A DNA stretch of 63,065 nt, filler included, from Octopus bimaculoides (GCF_001194135.2; 5 parts of 4 records of this genome joined end to end with filler, not necessarily neighbours in it); one strand, 5' to 3'. Positions 48,160-60,168 are shown, counted from the whole stretch's first letter. The notes: generated by a model not told the origin, from the letters alone. Numbers and translations are program-made.

Positions 48160-48754
48160 AAAAATGCAGCGAAGACATTTCTGCTTATCATGACCTGCGA
48201 GTTGGGGGTTCTTGTTTATTTAGACTAAAGTCGTTGGTTAGTTGAGTTGATGGTTAGACAACGAGTGAGTTTACGCATACATGAACGGACACACGTATGA
48301 GTGTGTGTGTACACATATGTATGCAGGTATGTGTAGGTACTGGCTGGCATAAGCTTCACAACTAATCTAGGAAGAACAGACTGTAGTCCCACGACTAGTT
48401 TAGTGTTTAAACATGAAAATATATCCGCTGTCTTCCAGTAGTGTAGCTAGAGTGTGTGTCGCCCGAGGTAGCCCCGGAGTTTGCGACTCCACACCACTCA
48501 AAAGTGCTGTCCCTGTAAAAGCGCCGACAGGGACGGACTACCCAACTCTTCTCCACTTTATTTATGAAGTGGACCCTATCGTCGCTAAATTTACTCCGAG
48601 CATTAAACTATTCAGGTTACAAGAATATCTGATTTGTCGAAAGGGTTGTTTTTTCCAAATCCTTTTTTATTTCCCACACTCAATAGGGTTAACACTCACG
48701 CTTGGGGTTATACACCACTCATGCGCGCTCTCGTGTGTAAGTGCGTGTAATACG

Positions 48755-48808
<54 letters not shown>

Positions 48809-49124
48809 GAGAGAGAAGAAGAGAGTTGGTTATAGATTGGCAATGTTTTTGAAAATACCGTTTTAATCTGCTTTTTATTGTATGTCATATTTTTCCCTTT
48901 TTAAATCAAGGAAAGAAAAGACTAGTGATGGTAACGTTAAAATATTCGTGATGGAGAATTTTGCAGCCTTTAGTTTCACTCTTCCATCCTTTTTGTTGAA
49001 ATGCCACTGAGGTTAACATTGCTTTTCATAATTCTAAGTTGATAAAATGATTATCAGTAATATCAATGTGTTACAATTGAAATAATTGTTGGATATTAAA
49101 ACTAAAAAGATAATTTTACAGTAG

Positions 49125-49143
49125 TTTATTTAACTTCTTTATT
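49125..49143 (-). terminator. Two AATAAA polyadenylation signals downstream of the phosphorylase stop
   Basis: Plus-strand tttatt at 49138-49143 and 49125-49130, about 50 and 63 nt past the TGA. The region is AT-rich, so chance is possible. Confidence 0.5.
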
Positions 49144-49192
49144 AATATTCTTTTGTAAATGATGAACATTTATATAAACCAATCATTTAAGA

Positions 49193-51688
49193 TCAATAGA
49201 ATTTTGTTTGAAGTAAGTCAGCACTCCATATGTGAGCTGCATATTCTTTGATAGCTCGATCACTTGAGAATTTTCCACAACAGGCTATGTTCAACAGGGA
49301 TTTTTTTAGCCATTCTTTAGTATTATTATAAAGATTTTCTACATCATCTTGAGCTCTAATGTAATCTTCATAATCTTCAAGAATCAAATAATGATCGCAG
49401 TGGTATAAACTATCAAAGATTTCTATAAATAGAGTGGGATTGTCAGGACTGAAGTAGCCATCTTTAATCATGTCCATTGCCCTTCTTAACTCATCATTAC
49501 TATGATAATGGCGTGATGCTGTATAACCGGATGATCTCAAATTATTAACCTCTTCAACGCAAAGACCGAAAATAAACATATTTGTTTTTCCAACTTCTTC
49601 AGCTATTTCGACATTGGCACCATCCATTGTACCTATTGTTAATGCCCCATTGGCCATAAATTTCATGTTTCCTGTACCAGAAGCTTCTGTTCCAGCTGTT
49701 GAAATCTGTTCACTAAGATCTGTTGCAGGTATAATTTTCTCAGCCAAAGACACAGAATAATTTTCCAAATAAACTACTTTAAGTTTGTTTCCTATATCAA
49801 CGTCATTGTTGATAACCTTTGCAACATTATTGATAAGCTTTATAATAAGTTTAGCCATCCTGTAGCCGGGAGCAGCTTTACCACCAATTATGACGGTACG
49901 AGGAACAACAAATTTCTTTTCGTATTTAATACGACAGTATTTTGTAACTATATGAAGACAGTTCAGTAGCTGGCGTTTGTATTCGTGTATACGTTTTACA
50001 TGGACATCAAATAACGATGCTATGTTTATATTAATAAGATATTTCTCTTTTATATATTCTGCCATTCTTTTTTTGTGTTCCATTTTGACTTCCATTAAAT
50101 CCCTTAAAATATGGCCATCATGCTCAAATTTTCTAAGGTCTCTTAAATGGCATAACTCTGTTATCCACGCATCTCCAATTCTTCCCGAAATCAAATCTGC
50201 AAGACATGGATTACTCTGAAGTATCCACCGCCTTGGTGATATTCCATTGGTTACATTTTGAAATTTGTGTGGCATCATCTCGTAGAAGTCTTTAAATAGT
50301 TGTTGTTTTAGTAAATTTGAGTGTAATGCGGCTACGCCATTAACTGCATGCGAACCGACTATACACAAGTAAGCCATATTTACTTTTTTGTAAGGCTCTT
50401 CTTCGAATATGGACAGTCTCTTTATTCGATCATCATCATTCGGCCAAATTCTTGCAACTTTTTCTAAATGTAAATGATTGATATGGTAAATAAGCTGCAG
50501 ATGTCTCGGAAGTAATGTTTCCAATAATGTAACTGGCCACCGTTCAAGAGCTTCTGGCATCAATGTGTGGTTTGTATAAGCAAAAACATTGCAACTAATA
50601 TCCCATGCATCATCCCAGTCCATGCATTCATCATCAACAAGTATTCTCATAAGTTCTGGTATTGCCATTCCAGGATGGGTATCATTCAATTGTATTGCTA
50701 CTTTTTCTGGTAATTGATAAAACATGTCTCTTCCCCTTCTTTGTCTTCCATATTTATCAGCTTTGAATCTTCTTATAATATCTTGTAAAGTTGCTGCTAC
50801 TAGAAAATATTCTTGTTTGAGACGCAATTCTTGTCCTTCGAAGAAAGAGTCATTTGGATAAAGAACACTAGAAATATTTTCAGCTAAGTTTCTTTCTATA
50901 ACTGCTCTGATGTAATCTCCGTTATTGAAAAATTGCAGCTGAAATTCTTTGGTACATCTAGCTGACCACAATCGCAGAGTATTTACTCTGTTGTTCTTGT
51001 AGCCAGGAATTGGATAATCATAAGGTGTTGCAATAACATTGTGTGTGTCCAGCCACTGAAAGCGACCTTCTATAACTTCCACTCTTCCTCCAAAACGAAC
51101 GGGAATTCGGTGTTCGGGTCGGGATTTTTCCCATGGGTTCCCGTATTCTAACCATTCATCTGCCGATTCACATTGCCATCCATTGTTGATTTTTTGTGTA
51201 AATATTCCATAATTATAACGAATTCCGTATCCATATCCTGTTACGCCAACTGTAGCCATGGAATCCATATAACAAGCTGCTAATCGACCAAGACCACCAT
51301 TTCCTAATCCTGCCTCCTCTTCTATTTCTATGAGATTGCTCAACTTCAGATTCATTTGTCTCAAAGCTTCTTCGTTAGAATACATATTTCCAAGACATAA
51401 CATGGCATTCTCTAAAAATTTTCCCATATAAAATTCCATAGAAAGATAATAAACCCTTTTTGGATCAGTATCATAATTAAATTGCTGAGTTCTGATCCAA
51501 CGTCCGACAAGTTGATCTTTAACAGAATGGGCTAAGGCTACATAATAATCTCTTCTGGTGGCTACATTTCTATCTTTCATACATGTGAAGTGAAGATGTC
51601 GATTGAAGGATTTTTTAATGTTTTCTGTACTCATCTCGTCTGCCAGCCCTGTCATTCCACACAGTGTAATTTGCTGTTGCAAAGGCAT
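49193..51688 (-). CDS. PYG: Glycogen phosphorylase (GT35, PLP-dependent), metazoan type, intronless, 831 aa
   Basis: Uninterrupted ORF colinear with animal phosphorylases: [57 protein letters not shown] and [11 protein letters not shown] (PLP Lys = K676, nt 49661-49663). ATG context aacATG with an in-frame TAA 15 nt upstream. Confidence 0.98.
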   Translation of the reverse strand: MPLQQQITLCGMTGLADEMSTENIKKSFNRHLHFTCMKDRNVATRRDYYVALAHSVKDQLVGRWIRTQQFNYDTDPKRVYYLSMEFYMGKFLENAMLCLGNMYSNEEALRQMNLKLSNLIEIEEEAGLGNGGLGRLAACYMDSMATVGVTGYGYGIRYNYGIFTQKINNGWQCESADEWLEYGNPWEKSRPEHRIPVRFGGRVEVIEGRFQWLDTHNVIATPYDYPIPGYKNNRVNTLRLWSARCTKEFQLQFFNNGDYIRAVIERNLAENISSVLYPNDSFFEGQELRLKQEYFLVAATLQDIIRRFKADKYGRQRRGRDMFYQLPEKVAIQLNDTHPGMAIPELMRILVDDECMDWDDAWDISCNVFAYTNHTLMPEALERWPVTLLETLLPRHLQLIYHINHLHLEKVARIWPNDDDRIKRLSIFEEEPYKKVNMAYLCIVGSHAVNGVAALHSNLLKQQLFKDFYEMMPHKFQNVTNGISPRRWILQSNPCLADLISGRIGDAWITELCHLRDLRKFEHDGHILRDLMEVKMEHKKRMAEYIKEKYLININIASLFDVHVKRIHEYKRQLLNCLHIVTKYCRIKYEKKFVVPRTVIIGGKAAPGYRMAKLIIKLINNVAKVINNDVDIGNKLKVVYLENYSVSLAEKIIPATDLSEQISTAGTEASGTGNMKFMANGALTIGTMDGANVEIAEEVGKTNMFIFGLCVEEVNNLRSSGYTASRHYHSNDELRRAMDMIKDGYFSPDNPTLFIEIFDSLYHCDHYLILEDYEDYIRAQDDVENLYNNTKEWLKKSLLNIACCGKFSSDRAIKEYAAHIWSADLLQTKFY

Positions 51689-51840
51689 GTTGTTGTTTTT
51701 TTACTAAAGTTTTCTATTATACTTTTGTTATTAGAGTTTCTTTTCCTTTAGATTTTGTCTAAACACTCGAAATATGTAGCTCGGTAAAGTCAGGATGTTT
51801 CTTTTTTGATACTTTCAACATGGCTATAAATTACATTGTA

Positions 51841-51848
51841 TTACGTCA
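51841..51848. promoter_or_regulatory. CRE-like element TTACGTCA about 150 bp upstream of the phosphorylase ATG
   Basis: Octamer seen directly; function is inference only. Confidence 0.25.
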
Positions 51849-52169
51849 CTGCACGGGTTTGCATGACCATTTTATGACATAATATTAATGGTGGATATAG
51901 ATTCTGCTTTCTACCTTTATTTAAGCAAACATGTTCAGCTTTCGTTATAATAAAAAAAATAATTAAAGGCTCCACCTCTTCGATTCCTACTTTAAAGTGG
52001 GAAATATAAAATCCTAAGGTATATTATGTGATAATGTCACTTAATCGTATAATTCATCTATACAATAATGATCCAGTTTTCTTTATTTTAGGGTCCAGTG
52101 TAGATTGTTTAGGCAATCAGGATTTTATATGTAATATGACTGTGAATTCAAATTTGCTACTGGCAAATT

Positions 52170-52760
52170 GTTTCTATTTCAGTTTTATACTTGGTCAATT
52201 CACTTCACTGTTGGGGCTATTCACGAATAGTGCAGGCAAAATCTACATTCTCAAAATTGTGTAACATTTTGAGAAACCGTATTCCGAGCATGAAGGCTAA
52301 TACCTGTATATTGAACTGCTATGTCTACCTTGTGTTTATGTACTTCTGTAAAGCTTGGTCTATAACATCAGAAATGAGAAGGTGCTTAGAGAGCTGTGAA
52401 ATGTGGTTCTTAAGGGAAATATTGAGGATAGCATAGACAAATAAAGTGTCTAATGAAGAAGAGATGACCCGGGTTGCGGTAAATAGGAAACTGCTTCCTG
52501 AGATAAGGGCCAAACAACTGAGATTTTTCGGTCATGTGATAAGGAAAGAGGGTCTGAAGAAGTAAGCGATGACCGGAAAGATTGGAGGGAAAAGAAGTAA
52601 ACGAAGGAGAAGGATGATATGGATGTCAAGCTTGATGAACTGGTTGCAAAGAGGCATTAAACATCAGGAATTGGAACTGCTACAGAAAACAAAGAACAGA
52701 GAATTGTGGCAGAACATGATCGCCTTTGTCCTACATTCTAGATATGACACTTAAAGAAGT
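52170..52760 (+). mobile_element. RTE (BovB-like) LINE 3' fragment
   Basis: AKSTFSKLCNILRN...CLESCEMWFLREILRI...RAKQLRFFGHVIRKEGL...TGKIGGKRSKRRRRMIW...NRELWQNMI. Confidence 0.88.
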
Positions 52761-52899
52761 TATTGGGGTTACGTACGAATTTACCTGGGAATGCTGGCTG
52801 CAATTAATTGTATATAAATTCTAGGTGGTAATTTTTATTTCACATTTGTATCATGCCATTGACATTTCTGCGGGTTTGAAGTCACCCAAAGTTACGGTA

Positions 52900-53555
52900 C
52901 TTCTTTCCTTTTCATCTGCCACTTGTATTTTTAGCATCAATGCCTCTGAAGATGATATAGTTCGACAATCATCTTAATCTTCTCCTCAATTTATTATTTC
53001 TTTCGTAAACAGGTCTTCGAATTCTGTTTTGTCAGCGTCAAAATACCCACTTCTTCGCATCTTCTATGATGATCGAGTATCGTATAATAGCGGAAAAACA
53101 CATAAACGGTATTCAGATTCAAAATTGACGAATTAGTCAGTGAATTGTGCTTTTGTCGACTCTTCGTTAACCACATCATCTTTATACCTTCAACATTGCA
53201 AAACATCATTGAATTTACGGAACTTTACTGGTAATGGTAAAAATTATTTTCATCCCTTTAACTGAATGTAACCCAGTATAATCCATCTTTGAATAGTGCT
53301 TTTTCGATATTCACCCTATCAACTAAAACAGATTTCACCCAGAGTTACAATACTTCTTTTCTTCTCATCTGCCACTTGTATTCTTAGCATCAATGTCTCT
53401 GAAGATGATACAGTCCGACAAAAACACATAAATGGTGTTCAGATTCAAAATCGACGAATTAGTTAGTAAAATGTGCTTTTGTCGACTCTTCGTTAACCAC
53501 ATCATCTTTATACCTTCAACATTGCAAAACATCATTGAATTTACGGAATTTTAAT
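52900..53555. repeat. Local direct duplication of an ~200-bp segment; the first copy carries an extra ~130 bp
   Basis: tcatctgccacttgtat...catcattgaatttacggaa occurs at about 52912-53222 and 53364-53548. Confidence 0.85.
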
Positions 53556-53578
53556 CCGATGCAGTTGCTGAAATTATA

Positions 53579-54425
53579 GAGGGTGTTCGGGCTAAACTTG
53601 ACATTTTGCTTAAAAGGTAAAGAAAACACAACATCCCATCTTAAAATATACATTAAAAAATATCAACTAGATTAAACTGGGAGATAACAGTTTACTCACA
53701 TTAACCGCCCTCAGCTTCCACTACGGTCTCAAGACGACTCCGTTTCTCATTGTATGCTTGGGAAGATCTTCGAACACCTTGATCTTGGCCCAGCTCGACC
53801 TTGGTGTCGTAGGCAGAGCGGTTGGTGTCTTTCACACTCAGTAATCTTTAAAATTATAATCGGAGGAATAAGGAAGCTAGAAATTGGGACTGATGAAATG
53901 GTAGAAACTCTCTGACAACCACTTATGATCTTTCAGGAGGTATGGGAACCGAATCCTGCTGTTATACATATGGCTTTCCAACAGCAACCCCCTCTGGTCA
54001 GAGATTGACCACTGTCTTCAGCAGCTTCACATAGCCGTCTGAAAATAACCTAAGGTTCTGTTCAAAGGTGTGGGGATGAATTCCGACGCGCGGGCACAGT
54101 CAGAACGCCTGCTGTGTCCCAGTTGGTCACGACTTCGCAGTCTCCGTTGCCTCTATGCATATCATATCTTATAGCTTTTACAGTGTACACAGAGCATTGA
54201 ACAGCAGTCATAACGTTGGCATTTTGACGCCCGATGCAAATCATGATGTCACAGGTAACTCTTCCAATATTCAGATGGCTTCTAGTTCTCCATCTCAGCT
54301 AACTTTTTGCCAATTCCAACTTTAATGTTCATGCTCTCCAATGCCGCTCACTGCCCACCATACATCAAAATGTTCTCGAAAAAAGGAGACATAAAAAAAT
54401 CGTCAAATTTAGCTCGAACACCCTG
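53579..54425 (-). mobile_element. Deleted maT/Tc1-like transposon with ~29-bp TIRs and TA TSD
   Basis: TA|gagggtgttcgggctaaacttgacatttt ... aaaatcgtcaaatttagctcgaacaccctg|TA. Minus-strand GKPYV*QQDS...KWLSESFYHFISPNF...SSDYNFKDY. Confidence 0.85.
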
Positions 54426-54736
54426 TACAGGGCCAAACTGAGTAAGATAATACTAGTCACTCAACAAATATACATTAGAGTGTATTCATAAAAAAGGGAA
54501 AGCACTTGCCTGTTTGTTATGAACATCTACTGTTTTTGTTACAATATTGACTCAGTTTCCTCTTTTCAGGTAATATTTTCCTAAAATTTATCTTTCCCTC
54601 TATTTATCTTCTGCGTACATACTTGCCTTCTCTAAATTCTTTTTCCAGCCATTCTATGTGATTTTATCATTAGCACTTCAAGAATGGGTATAGTGGCAGA
54701 CACGTTTAAATTGGGGTATTGAGAATTTGTGACATT

Positions 54737-55792
54737 TGTAGTGAAACCTCTCTCTCGGGCATTCAATCACAAATGATAACGACGCGGCTAACATCTAGCC
54801 TTCGGCTGCCTTGGACCCTTGTGTCCACCACCCTGATTGGTTCTTATTTGCGCGGCAATTATCACCAGTTCTGTTTCGCGCCAGGGTGCATACCATCCAA
54901 TCGTGGCCTTCAGATAAGGTCACGTGAAAGAGTGTTTTTCTGCTGTTCCGGTGAGCCCCTGTTCATCTATAAATAAGCCTGCTCCAACTACGCCAGTCGT
55001 CGCGACCACAGACCTTTTCAGGTCTGGTCGTTTGACCACATACCAACCAGCCAGTTTCTAGCGCCGATGTCATCACCACCAATGTACTGTCTACCACAAT
55101 GTCGTCGCCAGCAACACCACCACCAGAGTACACACCAACAACGACAAACGCGGTTTTATCTCGACACTGTATGAGTGGATTATTTCCACCACGAAGTTAA
55201 CAGTCAGAACCAACTTGCGAGAATCTTCTGTACCAGGTAACCGGTCGCAGCATCGACGCTCAACACACACAACATGTGACACCACAGCTCTGCTCTCCGG
55301 CCACAACTTTCTGCGTATGAACATTCTATCTCTTGTGTAACTCTTATACGAACTGGTATTTTCTTTATTATCATTCAGGACGCTTATCTACTGTGTTACA
55401 GACACTCTTTCAATGCTCCGTATTTCTCATTCACACATTATTGTATACACACATATTGTACTCTCACATATTGTACACACACTCTTACTTATACGACGGT
55501 CCGTCATTCATATTGTTGTATACGTACTCTTGTTCACACGAAGGCCTGACTTATGTATTGTGTTATTTATATATGCCGCATGCACGCACACACAGGCACT
55601 TCAGTTTTACTATGTTAATAAACTTGTCTGTCACTCTCTTGTTCCTTTACTGGCACTTGGCTCGCATCTCTCATTGCGAGCCCATTTTATGTCATATATC
55701 ATGTTTTTTGTGTTCGACCGTGCGACGTGTTTAAAGGAGTCATCTTCCACTTCGTCGCCATCTCCTTTGGTTCGCACGGTCGTTCTATTACA
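54737..55792 (+). mobile_element. Candidate solo LTR
   Basis: TGTAG...TTACA ends; flanks CATT/CGTT (3 of 4 match); CCAAT motifs, TATAAATA at 54968, Inr-like ccagtc at 54993 and AATAAA at 55617. Confidence 0.45.
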
Positions 55793-57149
55793 CGTTCATA
55801 CCTGTGCCGGATAGTGGTGTAGTGCTAAAAAAGAATTGCAAATACGCAGCTTGAAAGTGTTTTTTTCAGATGGATATGAGGAGCAACGCAAGAGCAGCAA
55901 ACCTATAAAGTTGTTATGGAAGGCAATGTAAGCTCAGGTAAATATTTTATTAAACTGATTTTAGTGGTAGATGGAAAGTGGTGTAGGTGGGAGCTTCAAC
56001 ACAAAGGACGTCAGTGACAACATCAGTGACTAGCTGACCTTTACATAAATTTAATGAAAATATGATGTAATTCTGTTTACAATTGGCCCCATACTGTCAG
56101 AGGGATATCATGACAAACGGACCATATACCTATACTGTACTATAGACGCAAGCAGCATTTTTTTTTTTATCAGTTTCGATAACAAACCCTACTTCATAAT
56201 GGTGATGTGTAGCTATTTAGGATTTCACACGCTATAAGCAATACAGTACATTAAATGCAATTTTAAAATACCTTGAACCTTTGCATTTGGAGAGAAGTTT
56301 TAAGAGAATTTCCAAACTGGATTCACTATGACATCTTTGGATCTTACTATTCTTGCTTGTGTATCAGTTGCTGAACAATGACACCTTTGTCATGTGAATA
56401 GATAGTCATCCGGTTTCCAGATTGCGACATTCAATTCTTGCAATTGCAACAAATCAAAATGGTCAGGGTCCGGTCTATCATTTTTTGGCATGAAAATATG
56501 CAGTTCTAAATATTTTGCAGGCGACCGCTACGTCAGATTTGTTTAAACGATCTATGATAGTTTCAAGTTGACGTTTCCTTGCGCCCGCGTTTGGTTAAAC
56601 ATTTTTTGCCCATACGAAATTCATATATTCTTATTCAAGTTATCTATCTATTATATCCTTATAAAAAGCAAAGTTTGTTTATTTGTACGTTGAAAACACT
56701 AAATAAAATCAATAATATTTCAGGCTTTTCGTGTCATTTAAATTAATTTGACCATTCCACAGATAACTGTGCACTTATTTTCCAAAAACGGAATGGGGTA
56801 GGGGTGCAGTTGGTGGTGTATTGGCTCCTATTTCTAGCAATCCAGGTACTGTCTATTTCACTGTAATGCTTTTTACAGAGTGGGAAAATACTTCACTCAG
56901 TCCACTTTTAACTTTCTCTGTGTTTTTATCATAAGCACTTCTTTACATTTATTCTTTTTAAGTCGCCGCCGGACCTCTGCTTTCTCTCTGTCTATATGTC
57001 GCTCTCTGTGTCTCTATCTCTCTCACTACCTCCTTCTTCTTCTCTCTCTGGTTGTAAATGTGTCTTTCTCTCTTACTATCTCTACTTCTTTCTCTCTCTG
57101 GAGAAAAATATGTAAGACAGATAGAAAGGAGATTAGCAAGAAAAAACAA

Positions 57150-57743
57150 GTGAGACAATCCTAGCCCCCTAAAACATTACAGTAAATGCCATCAACAAAA
57201 ATCTTACAAATGATCTCTGGAGACAGCCATATCTATAAACCTATCGACAAAGTTGTTGACGTGGACGATGCTGTTCATTATCCTGTTGAATTCCTCATCA
57301 GTCTGGAACCGTCCGGTATGCCGCCATACAATCTTGAATTGAAGAAGGGCGCAGTCACCATGCTTCTCAGAATCTTAGATCAGCTAAGATTGTGCAATGT
57401 ACAGGTATGGCTGTAACTGAACTACAGCCTCACATTATCGAAGCAAAAATTCTCACTGAATATGGTAAGGGAGATATCGTATTTATACCTAGAATAGTTA
57501 ATACCAACAGATGTCCCCTTTCATTTCAAACGATTGCAATTCCCAGTGAGAGTCAGTTACGTAATGACCATTAACAAGTCCCAAAATCAAACATTACAGG
57601 TTGTCGGTTTCCACTTTGAAGATGGCTGGTTCTCACATGGTCAATTGTATGTAGGTTGTTCCAGAATAGGAAACCCACAGAAACTCTTCATATATGCTCC
57701 AAAGAAAAAAGTTAAAAACATTGTATATATTGAAGTTCTGTAA
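57150..57743 (+). mobile_element. Helitron PIF1-type helicase C-terminal fragment (frameshifted)
   Basis: ILAP*N, YPVEFLISLEPSGMPP..L.LKKGA..MLLR.LD...LCN, QFPVRVSYVMTINKSQNQTL and FSHGQLYVGCSR...KNIVYIEVL*. Confidence 0.9.
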
Positions 57744-58049
57744 ATGTTTTATAGTTTTCATACAATACATTTCTCTATTAATATCTATATTACTTTCTGT
57801 ATTTAGATACTATTAATAAATTTTCAAAATTGCTATTTATCCCAGTGCCCCAATAATTACAAATATAAACCTGAATTTGTAAACTGGGTTAAATAACTAT
57901 AGATTTCTCAATAGTTCAGCGTAGGTACTTTGTTTTTCGTTGACCTTTTAGCTTTATGTTAACATCCGCTGAGCAGCTGATTTCCACAATTGTACACGGT
58001 TTCCTTTCTCTATCTTAAATCACTATGTCAGGTCGATCATGTTTACGTT

Positions 58050-59722
58050 TTATTAAGGTTTTCACTGGAACATTCCATCAGTACTCCTTCTTATTCAAAG
58101 TGACTATAGCTTCTATCATACTGTGGGTTCTTTTTTCTTTGGCTTTAAGGTTATCCTTCTGACGGATCTCATTATACAGTGTCTTAGCTACAGCATCATG
58201 TCTCTTCGGTATATAGTGTAGTGATGATATTTTCGGACAACTGCTTATTATGTGGGTGATATCTTCGGTGTTAACTACACAAAGTCTGCCCTGGTTATTA
58301 TATTTTGATATTTTGCCTGCGTCTCTGCTCCTTTTGTGCATCGGGTATTTGGTTGATATTTCCTGTTCCTAGATTGCACCCCCCCCCCTCAAAGTGGGAG
58401 TTAGTAATCCGGTTGTTAGTCCATGATAGACTGCTTTGATGATCAATGTTACTATCATCTCGGAGCTTTCTGCTAACATAGTCGTGCATTGTCTTCTGGT
58501 CATATACGCTCATCCTTTCATCTGATTATATGTTGCGGTAAAATCGTGCGATTTCTTTGAGCAGGTATTTAAGGTTATCAGATAATGAAGGAATGCTGCT
58601 CAAGGAACTGCATTCCAAGACTTATGATGTTATCAGTCTCATGTATGCAAACTTGGTCAAGAGATACACTTTGACACTTGGTGGTTAAAAGATGTTGCCG
58701 AAGGAAAATTCAAAGGCAGTTTGGAACGATGTCAAACCTCTGCCGCCTTGTTTTCGTTTTAGGTAAAGGAGGTCTACTTCACTGTTGATGTGGAAATTAC
58801 ATGTGCTTGTTAGTATCTTCCGGGTTTTCACATCAATGAATCAGATCTCATCAAGCGTCCAATCAAGCAGCTCAAATGTTGGTATGAGTACTGGCACTGC
58901 AGACACATTGTGGGCAACCGTTTTATTGAATGCAGACGTCCAAATTTTCTTTATTCGGCTGTAATATTCTTTAGTGACACATGTTTTACTACAGGTGACA
59001 TTGTAAGGTACGTTTTCATCCACCCCTAGGTACCTGTAACATTCCTCATCAGATATAGGGGAAACAGTTAGGTCATTGATGGAAATGTTGCTTGTCTGGT
59101 TTATAGCTTTCCCTCTTTTCACAACCATATAACAACTTTTATCCTGATCAGACTCCAGCCCTATATCCTTTGAGAATGTTGTAATCATGTCGAGGCTCTT
59201 TTTCATCTCGTGCATATTCTTTGCATATAGTTTTAAGTCATCCACAAAGAAACAGTATGGAATTATGGTATTTCTGTTTCCTTATGAACCAGTGAGATAT
59301 CCTTCAGATTTCCTTAACATGAATGACAAGGGGTTTACAGAAAGTATAAACAACATCACAGAGAGGCTGTCCCCTTGGAGTATGCCTCTACAATACTGTA
59401 TTCTATTAGTGATAATACAGTCATTCCTTGTGTTTAATTTCAAGATGATAAGTCACGATGAAGTCAGATCAGCTATGGCTTTGACTATTCTCACTGGAAC
59501 TTTAGCAAGTTGAAGGGCTTCTAGCATCCATGAGTGGGGAACAGAGTCAAAGGCTTTCTTGTAGTCAAACCACATTGAAATTTGGTTCCTTCTATATTCC
59601 CGCTCCTCTGACATTGCAGTTTTGCTTATTAACAATTACTCAGCACATCCCCAGACTCCCTTCTTCCCAGTTGCTTGTTTTTCTGTGATGATGTTACTGT
59701 ATAGGAAAGTTGGTTATACATC
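58050..59722 (-). mobile_element. R4/Dong-like LINE, RT to knuckle region, decayed
   Basis: WFDYKKAFDSVPHSWMLEAL, VDDLKLYAKN and EDITHIISSCPKISSLHYIPKRHDAVAKTLY; same lineage as 23100-26000. Confidence 0.88.
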
Positions 59723-59765
59723 ATTAGATGTACACCTGACTTTCCTATATAAAATTTAAAAAATA

Positions 59766-60063
59766 TATAACGGAACGCTGAACTCCAGACTATCAACTTA
59801 AACAACATTTATTCAGGTGGTAAATATATACATCTTTAGCTCTTGTTGTTACAGCTCTTCTATGTGTGTGAGCATAGTTGTTGGGACGTTGTTATGTAGA
59901 TGTAAGCGAGCTGTCGAGTGTAAGTCCGAAAGATGGAGAGTGACAACTAAACACGTCCATGCTCTATTGCTGGCCATCAAGAAAGAGAATGAATTGAGCG
60001 GGAACGCTTGGTTGTTTAATTCCACGCATGCGTGAGACTACGCATGCGCACGGCGTTACTACA
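59766..60063 (-). mobile_element. Candidate short solo LTR (~300 bp)
   Basis: Minus strand begins TGTAGTAAC, carries gcgcatgcg motifs and AATAAA, and ends GTTATA (possibly decayed GTTACA). No TSD found. Confidence 0.4.
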
Positions 60064-60168
60064 ACTGCNNNNNNNNNNNNNNNNNNNNNNNNNNNNNNNN
60101 NNNNNNNNNNNNTTAATTAATTAANNNNNNNNNNNNNNNNNNNNNNNNNNNNNNNNNNNNNNNNNNNN

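Noticed and set aside
48445-48570. cagtagtgtagctag start and short hairpins suggesting a hAT-type MITE or Helitron end
   Set aside because: No matching opposite terminus or TSD found.
49193-51688. Horizontal transfer or bacterial contamination as the reason for no introns
   Set aside because: The protein has the animal-type N-terminal cap ([15 protein letters not shown]) and AMP-site residues, is colinear with animal enzymes, and is contiguous with host repeats.
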